This document shows, piece after piece, positions 54,934-64,000 of a stretch of DNA of 64,000 nucleotides (position 1 is the first letter of the stretch; the number at the start of each line of letters is the position of its first letter). The stretch is from the human T2T-CHM13v2.0 reference genome, Homo sapiens: assembly GCF_009914755.1 (NCBI RefSeq), contig NC_060942.1. One strand, written 5' to 3'. Under the pieces are notes generated by a model that worked only from the letters and a program-made list of their open reading frames with translations, had not been told where the DNA came from and ran no database searches. The position numbers were made by a program, and so were the translations under genes.

Positions 54934-56656
54934 GAGATACAGCAATCTATTATGTTTATGTACAAATGAATTCAACACAGTTTTATCGTTTTGCATTTTA
55001 CATGTAAGTCTATCATTTGTTTTGAGTTAATTTTGTATTATGTGTAAAGTTTTTTTTTGTTTGTTTGTTTGTTTTTGCCTATGAGTGTACAAACGTTCCT
55101 ACATCATTTATAGAAAAGCCTTTCCTTTCTCCATTGAAAGGAGTGAGACAATTTTGCCTAGGTCTAGATACTGATGATTTTTCTCCTGTTTTTTTGTTCT
55201 CACACCTCCGTAAAAAATCAGTTGGACAGATTTACGTGGGTCTATTATTGAGTTTTCTTCTTGTTTTATTGATCTGTGTTTCCATTTCTATATCAATACC
55301 ATATTCTCCTGATTTCTGTAGGCATATAGTAGGATTTAATGTGAAATAGAGTAATTTCTTCCACTTTTATCTCTCTGTTTCAAGATTATTTTAGTGATTC
55401 TAGGACCTGGGCTTTTCCATATAAATTTTGGAAAAATAAGCATGTTTATCTATACAAAATCAGGCTAGAATTTTTATAGAAATTACAATAAATATTATAA
55501 TAGATCAAACTGTGGATAATCAACATCTTTGCCATGTTAAGCCTTCTAATCCATGGACTTAGTATATCTCTGCATTTATTTAAGTTTTCTTAAATTTCTC
55601 TCCCCAGTATTTTGTATTTTCAGGTTATAGAACCCACACATGTTTTGTTAAGTTTGTTAGAAATGCTCCCTTTTCTTCAAAGTGAAGTTCAATGTCATAT
55701 GGTTTCATTTTCCATTTGTCCATGGTTATTGTTAATATATAGAAATAAAATTATTTTTTTCATGTTTATTTTGTGGCTTATGTGTTGTAAATGTTTTGTT
55801 TGAATTACATATTTTATCTAATTTTTCTACTTAAATTGCAATGTATTTTGACTCTTCATTTTTGTATCTATGAAGCTTGCTAAATATTCTATTAATTCAA
55901 ATAATATTCTATTAAATTTGGAGGAATTTTCTGTCTAGGAAAACAATATAATCATTGACAGTTTCTTTTTCTCTTTTCTTATTTTACACTGCCCTCTATT
56001 TTTTTTTTTTCTTAATTTTATGGTACTATTTTTTTCCTGTGTAACTAAAATAGGTAAGCTCTTCAATAACAGTTAAACTATTTGAAAGAATTGATAATGC
56101 AAGCATCCGTATCTTGATCCTTATTTAAAAATAAAGTTTCTGCATTTTATTTTTGTTTAGGAAATTCCTTTATATTTCTTGTTTGTTGGAAATTTTGTTA
56201 AGAAGTTCTCTTTTCTTTCTAGTTTGTTGATCACTTTCAGCTATGAAATTTTGAACTTTATAGAATGTTATATCTGCAACTATGGAAATGATCGATTTTT
56301 TCTCCTTTAAAAATATTATTATAACTAATAATTGTTTTAGTATTTTTGTGTTCTTAAACAAAGGTTGCAACTGTAGAATAAACAACTTTTTAATGACATG
56401 CTATCTTTTTTGTAATTTTCTGTGCTTGTTAACATTTTGTTCAGAATATTATTATTTAAGTTCAGGAGTGAGATACACATGTAACGTTCCTTTCCTGATT
56501 AGTCCTTAACTTGGTTTTGAAGTCAAGGTTTTATTATTTTTATAAAATGTATTTGAGAGTGTTTTATATTTTTTTCTACTCTGAAGGAGTTTGGATAAAA
56601 TTTAACTTATCTGCTTATAAAATACTTAGAACTACCCTATAAAGACATTTAGGGAA

Positions 56657-56938
56657 GGCCGGGTGTGGTGGCTCACGCCTATAATCCCAGCACCTTGGAA
56701 GGAGGCCAAGGTGGGTGGATCTCCTGAGATCAGGAGTTGGAGACCAGCCTGGCCAACATGGAGAAACTCCATCTCTACTAAATATACAAAAATTAGGCTG
56801 GCGTGGTGGCGCACCCCTGTAGTCCCAGCTATTCCGGAGGCTGAGACGGGAGAATCGCTTGAACCCGGGAGGCAGAGTGGCCCGAGGTCGCGCCACTGCA
56901 TTCCAGCCTGGGTGACAGAGTGAGACTCTGTCTCAAAA
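56657..56938 (+). mobile_element. AluS (Sx-like) whose tail is a GAA microsatellite
   Basis: Full Alu body; degenerate TSD AGACATTTAGGGAA/AGATGATTTTGGGAA. Confidence 0.93.
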
Positions 56939-57049
56939 GAAGAAGAAGAAGAAGAAGAAGAAGAAGAAGAAGAAGAAGAAGAAGAGGAAGAGGAAGAGGA
57001 AGAGGAAGAGGAAGAGGAAGAGGAAGAGGAAGAAGAAGAAGAAGAAGAA
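56939..57049 (+). repeat. (GAA)15(GAGGAA)8(GAA)6 homopurine microsatellite
   Basis: Counted directly; 111 bp, purines only. Confidence 0.97.
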
Positions 57050-57224
57050 GATGATTTTGGGAAGATTTTAATACCTATATGCAATTTTTTTAATGGTTAT
57101 GTTTCTTTTGGGTTTACTCTTTCCTTTAGGATCAATTCTGATAAATTGTATTCGTCTACAAATGAAATCCTCCAAGCTTTTAGTTGGTATAAAAATATCA
57201 ATAATTTCCTATCTTTAAAACTAT

Positions 57225-57810
57225 GAGTTGTAATATAATATATATACTGAAAAGTGTATAAAACATAAGTATAGTTTAATAATTGCCTAATAAGGAAATG
57301 CTCATATTTAGATCATGCCACTGCACTCCAGCCTGGGTGACAGAGCGAGACTCCGTCTCAAAAAGAAAAAAAAAAGAAAAAGAAAAAGAAAATGCTCGTA
57401 TTTGCTAATGCTATATCAAGAAATAGAACATTTCTAGCACCTCAGAAAAAATATATATATTCTTTACAACCCCAAATCTTCCTTCTTAGATTATTAGTCT
57501 AATTTTTATGGTGATCACTTTATTTTTTCCTTTTCTTCATTTTTTCCTTTTAGCACCTAAGAATTATTATTAATAATTTAGTGATAGCTGCTTTTAGTTT
57601 ACATTAATAGTTTATATTCATGGTTTATATTTACATAGTATGCACTATGTCTGGCTTCTTTTGTTCAATATTACTTTTGAGAGATTCAGCCATACTTTGG
57701 AGTATTGTAATATTTTATTCATTCTCTATTCTGTATAGGATTACATTGTATGATTTTGCACAATTTATCCACTCAAATATTGATCACAATTTGAGTTTTT
57801 TAAACAGTGA
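57225..57810 (-). mobile_element. L1ME 3' end
   Basis: 'atactgaaaagtgtataaaacataag', 'tcaagaaatagaacatttctagcacctcagaa', 'tctggcttctttt'. Confidence 0.7.
57310..57385 (+). mobile_element. Severely 5'-truncated Alu (last ~50 nt plus tail)
   Basis: 18-bp TSD AAGGAAATGCTCATATTT/AAGAAAATGCTCGTATTT. Confidence 0.92.
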
Positions 57811-58434
57811 TTGCCTATTTTGTATTAAGAAGAATTAAATGGATTCCTAGTTTTGACACTTACTGGTTGTGTGAGTTTAACTGATTACTTATCTAAGTTG
57901 TGTCATAAAATATGGAAAGTAACACCTATTTCACAGTTCATATCAATTAAATAAGAAACTTATGATATAAAATAATCTTCCTTTCCATTACTATAGTGTC
58001 CTTTTTAGTGTACTCATTGCCAGAGTATAGTATTTTTGAAGATTTTTGGGATGTTTTCTCCTTGTTATTTCATTTGAAAAATATGTATATTGATATTATA
58101 ATGTTTAGTGCATAAGTCTAGAATATAGTGTAATCATCACTTATTTACCTCCTAAATATGATTTTTCAAATGAATACAAATGATGTTTTAAAATATGCCT
58201 TCTCCTTTCGAGTCTCTAAACATACAATCTTTCAAATCTTTTCTCAAGTAGTTTTTGAAATCTACTTTTCTATCATCAGTTTAATATATCTAACTTTGAG
58301 CAGCTTTCCTTTTTTGGATATCAATGCTTGCCAGCAAATCGTTACTTCACCTCTCCCCAGTCACAGGAAACAAATATGCCGTCTCATAAAAATACTGTAC
58401 TGATTATGTAAATGCATATTCAAGACTAGTCTTT

Positions 58435-58768
58435 GCCTGGGCATGGTGACTTACTTCTGTAATCCCAGTGCTTTGGGAGGCCGAGGCAGGAGGATCACTT
58501 GAGGCCAGAATTTCAAGACCAGCCTGGGCAACATAGCAAGAATCTGTGACTATAAAATATATTTAAAATTGAGCTGGGTGTGATGAGATGCACCTGTAGT
58601 CCTAGCTACTCAGTTGTCTGAGGTGGGAAGATTGCTTGAGCCCAGAAGTTCAAGGCTGCAGCAAGTATGATTGTGCCACTGCATTCCAACCTGGGAGACA
58701 GAGCAAGACCCTGTCTCTTAAACAAACAAATAACAACAATGAAAACAACAAATAAACAAACAAAAAAG
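58435..58768 (+). mobile_element. AluJ
   Basis: 'cacttgaggccag', 'ttgcttgagcccagaagttcaaggctgcag'; TSD AGACT(A/G)GTCTTT. Confidence 0.92.
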
Positions 58769-58787
58769 CCAGACTGGTCTTTAGACC

Positions 58788-58916
58788 TAGAGTGACAACA
58801 AAGCTCAGTTTGCTTGGGACAATCTCCATTTATATCTGCTGTCCTGGGGCTATTAATAACAGTCCCTTCACTCCCCAAATATCCCAGTATGAACAATAAA
58901 TGACATGGTTTCCCTA
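58788..58916. mobile_element. MER94 hAT-Blackjack MITE
   Basis: TAGAGTGAC...GGTTTCCCTA termini; 'gtttgcttgggaca', 'attaataacagtcccttcactc'. Confidence 0.75.
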
Positions 58917-59739
58917 CCTAGTCCTCTTTCCAACTAAATTTGTTGCTGACAAACATACTATTTCATGGCTCAGGTGAAATGGTTACTTTCTTTGTATTTC
59001 CATGACAGAGATTTAAACAGTTCTTCTTGCTGTGTAAAATGTCTGGAGTAATAGTTTTTATTATACATTCAAACACACTGAGAGATCATTGCTCATCGAG
59101 ATTTTTATGAGACAGATAAGCAAGTTTTTATTAATTTGTATTATCCAGGTAAGAAAATGAGTCAAAGAGGAGCTGACTGTTGCCCAAGTTTAAAGTAGAA
59201 AAGAATACTAAAATCCTTGTTCCTGATTTGGTTTATTATTCTTTTCATTAAAGATGAAGTAGCAAATGTAACCTTTTTGAATAATTGGCTGAATGGGTAG
59301 GCATTGTACAGATTTGGGATGAAAGCTACTCTTAAAGTGCAAAAAAAAGGGGGAATCTTCACTCGTTAAGGCCTAGTTGCATTATATTTGGTAGGAAAAG
59401 CAGAATCATCTGTACATTTTCTTTTCTAAAATACTTATATTTAATAACCTTGGAAGAGTGAAACATATTTAACCAAATCCACTGCTGTAAAAGAAGGTTG
59501 CACTCACCCATGCTAATCTCCTCATGCTTCTTTCCTCCTCATCCTTTCATCCCTTCCTGATCTCTCCTAGTTGACTACTTGCCAAACAACACATACAGGT
59601 TTTGCTTCCATAATTAGCTGTTGATAGGGAGTTTGCATTCCTGTAAAACTATTTGATCATATGACTTTTGAAGGTTACTCTTACATGCTTTACTGAGCCA
59701 CATACTATAAGTAAGGTGAGAAATACAGGAGGAAGTGGT

Positions 59740-60298
59740 AAGATTGCCAGATAAAATAGAAAATTGACAGTTTAATGTGGACTTCAGGTAAACAGCAAAT
59801 AATTATTTTGATACAAGTCTCAAATGTTGAGTAGGACTGTATTAGTTGGTTCTCACACTGCTGTAAGGATGCTAGTGGAGACTGGATAATTTATAAAGGA
59901 AAGAGGTTTAGCTGACTCACAGTTCTGCATGGCTGGGGAGGCCTCAGGTAACTTACAATCATGGCAGAAGGGGACGCAGGCACATCTTACATGGTGGCAG
60001 GCAAGAGAGATAGTGAGTGTGTGAGAGTACAGGAAAAACTATCACTTATGAAACCAACAGGTGTCATGAGAATTCACTCACTATCAGGAGAACAGCATGA
60101 GGGAACTGCCCCCATAATCCAATCACTCCCCACCCTCGACATGTGGGGATTACAGGTCAAGATGAAATTCTGGTGGGGTCACAGAGCCAAACCATATCAA
60201 GGATATACCTACAGGAAAAAATAATTTGTTACTTATCTGAATTTAAAATTTAACTTGGTGCCCTATATTTTGTTGTTGTTGTTAAATCTGGCAACTCC
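59740..60298. mobile_element. MER53 MITE split by an LTR
   Basis: Left 'ttgccagataaaata...', right '...ttatctgaatttaaaatttaact...aaatctggcaac'. Confidence 0.85.
59838..60199 (-). mobile_element. THE1D/MSTA-like MaLR solo LTR
   Basis: TGTATTAG...CCAAACCATATCA, 362 bp; TSD AGGAC/AGGAT. Confidence 0.93.
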
Positions 60299-61544
60299 AG
60301 AAAGAGGGAAGGCTGTTAGAGTGCTCGTACTGCTATTCTGGTTTCTGGAAACAACTACTAAAATCCCTCAACTTAAAAAATTAGGAGAGTACAGTTAGCC
60401 AATTATCATTTTTAAATATTTTTTTTCATTTTAACTGTCTTCTTTTTCTTCCTCTTCTTCCTCTTCCCTCAATCCCCCATTTCTCAGAAATAGTACAATT
60501 GAAATATAAGTGGTAGTATTATAGTTGTAAAAGAGTAATATAGTAGTAATTGTAGTGGTAGTAATAGTAATAATGATAACAACAATAATAAAACTGTCTC
60601 CCTTTGAATAAGGTTTTCATGTATATATCATCTTCCTTGATTTGTAGTGATTTATAGATATATTTTCCATATAGAGCTTGGGAATTAAAAAGAGGGAAAA
60701 ATAATGACAGAGATATACTTAATTTTCATAGTTTAGATATATTCTTACTGTGAAAGCAGCCTTCTATGAAAGTAGGGCAGGTAAAATGAAGTTGAGAGGT
60801 AATCTAATTCAATTCAGAGCCCAAAGCTGCCTACGAATGATTGAAGTTGTAGTGGAGTTACTTTTTTATTACTAGATGAGTTGCTATATTCATTTAGTTC
60901 ATTGAATAAGAGAATTTTAATTTTATGAGTTCACCCTGGCAATGTATGGGGGAAAAATGAAGCAGACTACACTAGGACTATTCTATATTAATGAACTGAA
61001 GTGGAGATTTGAAGCAAATGTGATCTAGTTAAGTCATTTTTTGCTTCTTAGTCTCTGTAACTTCAGTAGTATAGGTCAACATATAGGTAGAACTGATATA
61101 ACCATGCAATCAATCCTATTTATCCTCTCCTATTAGTGGAATAATAGTTTTAAACATTTGGTCTTAAATATTTGTAGAACATGGCAATTTTAATAGATAA
61201 TTTGGAACCATTCTGTGAAACACACTTTGGTGAACATTGTGCTGTATTGGGAGGGCAATTGTTAAAAAGGGGTTAGAATACATTGCTTTTCACATGATTC
61301 ATATTGTTTGGCTCTATCATTCTATAATTAATATTTATTCTGTAAAAAATTAAATATGTGCCTGGCCTTGTAACTAATGTTTCACTAAGTTTATTGCATT
61401 TTTATCTACTAATATACCTATAAGGTATATACCGCCCGAAGTTTATGAATATATTAGCAAGGAACTCAAAGTTACTCGACTGTGTAGTAGTTAAGCTAGT
61501 GTTTAGACATACTTACAGTTAATTCTGAGGCCAGGTTTCTGATT

Positions 61545-62837
61545 ACTGAGACATAATGGACATGTAATAATCTCCACATTTAAGGGGTAAAATTTGATAA
61601 ATTTTGCCACATGTATGCACCCATGAAAAGAACACCACTGTAATAAAAATAATACACATCTCTATCACCCCCAAACTTTCTCATGCCCCTTTATCATCCA
61701 TTTCTCTTACCCCACCCAGTCACCCATCTTGTCCCCAAGCAATTACTGATCTGCTTTATGTTACTAAATATTAATTTACATTTGCTATAATTTTGTGTAA
61801 ATGAAATCAGAGCATGCAATCTTTTATCTGGTTTCTTTTACTGGGCATAATTATTTTGAAGATATGTCCATCATATAGACTTGATATGTCTATATCAAGT
61901 AAGTATTCTTTGCTTTATGTTGCTAAGCAGTATGCCTTCCTATGGATATATCAGAAATGTTTATCTAGACCTATTGCTGAACATTTGTGTTTCCAGTTTT
62001 TGGCCATTACAAATAAAGCTGCTATGAACATTTGAATGTAAGACTTTTAATGAACTTACATTCATAGGCATGGACTGTCTGGGCCGTAAGTTAGGTGTGT
62101 TTTTAATTTCTGAAGTAATTGTCAAACTGTTTTGCAAGGTGCTTTTACTGCTTTCCATTGCATCCTCACTAACACTTGGGATGGTCAGGCTTTCTTATTT
62201 GAGACATTGAAGTAGGTAAGTAGTTAAATCACATACGTTTTAGTTTGAAAACCCTTAATGAGTAATAGTGTTGAATGACCATCTTTTCATGTGTTTATAT
62301 GCCTTCCATGTATCTTCTGTGCCAAAGTAAAATGTCTGTTTGAATCTTGCTCATTTTTATTGAGTTGTTTGTGTTTTTTATTATTATTGAGTTCTAAGGT
62401 TTCCTTATATAGTCTCCCTAAAAATATTTTCCCAAACATGTAATTTGCAAATGTTTTCTCAAAGCCTGCAGCTTGTCTTTCATTATCTTAAGAGTCTTTC
62501 TGAGAGTAGAATTTTTCAAATTTGATGAAGCTCAATGCATTCTTTTCTATCTTTTATGACTCCTCATGCTTTTGATAGTGAATCTAAAAAATATTTGCCT
62601 AAACAAAGCTCACAAACATTTTCTATGTTTTTTATCCAGAATTTTTGCAGTTTTAGGTTTTACATTTAGATCTCTGATATATTTTGAGTTAATTTTAATT
62701 TATGATGTGAGACAGGGATTAACATTCCATTATTTTTTTCCACAGGGACTTCCATTCATTCCAGCATTGTTTGCTGAAATGACTTCCTATCCTTTATCCA
62801 CTGAAAATCCTTTGCTCATTTGTTGAAGATCAATTGA

Positions 62838-62873
<36 letters not shown>

Positions 62874-64000
62874 TTCTGCATGCTGTTCTAATGGATTGAT
62901 CTGTTTGCCTCATTTTCATGTCAATAGCACATTTTAAAAATTACTGTAGCTTTCTGTCCTTTTTCAAAACTGTTTTTACTGTTCTAGGTAGGTCCTTCAC
63001 ATTCCATATAAATTTTAAAATCAGCTGTTAAATTTCTACTGAAAAAAGAAAGCTGATTGAGATTTTGATTCGGATTGTGTAAAACCTATCAATTTTTGAA
63101 GATTGAAAACTAAATAATATTTTAACTTTTACCCATAAACATGCAATATTTTACTATTTACTTCTGAGTGTTACAAAATAGAGCTTATTAATTCATATAT
63201 TGATCTTTTCTTCTGTATTCTTGTCAAGTTAGCAGATTTTGTATACTCTATAGAATTTTCTACATAGATGATCATTTCATTTGCAAATGAAACTTTTTGT
63301 TTCTTCTTTTCTAATATGAACTTTTATTTTTTTTCTTAATATATGATCTAGAACCTTGAATACAATATTGAATAGAAGTAGTGAGACTGGACACATTTGT
63401 TTTAATGCTGATCTTGGAGAGAAAACATTTAGTCTTCCACCATTAAGCTTGATAAGAGTGGTAGGTTTTTCACATATTTTCTTTATCAGGTTGAAAAATT
63501 TTTATTTTAAGGCACCTGAGAATTTTTCCCCCCTTATCGCAAATAGATGTTGAAAGTTTTCCATGCATTTCATGCATCTATTAGTATGAGTATATGATTT
63601 TTCTTTTTCAGTTTCTTCATGTGTTGAAATAAATTGATTGGTTTCTGAAAGTTAATCCAACTCTACATTCTTGGGATGAACACCGTTTGTTTATGGTGTT
63701 TTATCTTTTTAATATATTGTTGAACTTATTTTGCTAAAATTGTATTCAGAATATTTGTTTCCATTTTCATGGGGGATATTGGCCTATAGATTTCTTTCAA
63801 TATATTTTTCTAATTTTGACATAAGAATAATTACTGCTGTATTAGTGATTCAGGAAGTAGTCTCTCCTCTTAAACTTTATGTGAGAGATTGCTTAGAATT
63901 GGTAATATCTTTCCATAAATATTTTGCAGAATTCACTAGTGAAGCTATAGGAGCTTGGAGTATTTACATGGAAAGGTTTTAAACTACAAATTCAATTCCT
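61545..64000 (-). mobile_element. L1MB/ME-like 3' UTR plus ORF2, running off the window; (TG)n at ~62840-62871
   Basis: 'tccagtttttggccattacaaataaagctgctatgaacatt', 'tacaatattgaatagaagtagtgagactggacac', 'agaattcactagtgaagc'. Confidence 0.85.

Larger units (their letters stand above)
54985..57200 (-). mobile_element. Ancient L1M ORF2 remnant
   Basis: 'tttgagttaattttgta', 'ttccatataaattttgg', 'gttaatatatagaaata', 'caaggttttatta'. Confidence 0.75.

Noticed and set aside
56632-57084. 150-aa ORF with poly-serine
   Set aside because: Antisense translation of the GAA microsatellite plus an Alu.

Overview
AT-rich, CpG-depleted primate DNA, most likely human intergenic or deep intronic sequence. It carries AluJ, AluS and AluY, L1PA/PB/M, L2, MIR, MaLR/ERVL/ERV1 LTRs, and hAT and Tigger DNA transposons. 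I find no credible protein-coding gene, tRNA, rRNA or CRISPR array; the ORFs listed are repeat-derived or chance frames. The largest structures are two ancient ERVL proviral remnants: a near full-length one on the minus strand (7731-17668) carrying seven younger insertions, and a deleted one on the plus strand (~40270-44248). Not explained by ordinary repeat annotation are a ~215-bp spacer-less palindrome at 36116-36330, three local direct duplications at ~94-95% identity, an Alu-tail (GAA)15(GAGGAA)8(GAA)6 purine tract, and a few candidate non-coding exons. I do not see good evidence for a new multi-gene system. Repeat subfamily names come from recalled consensus motifs, not a database search, and boundaries of old elements are approximate.
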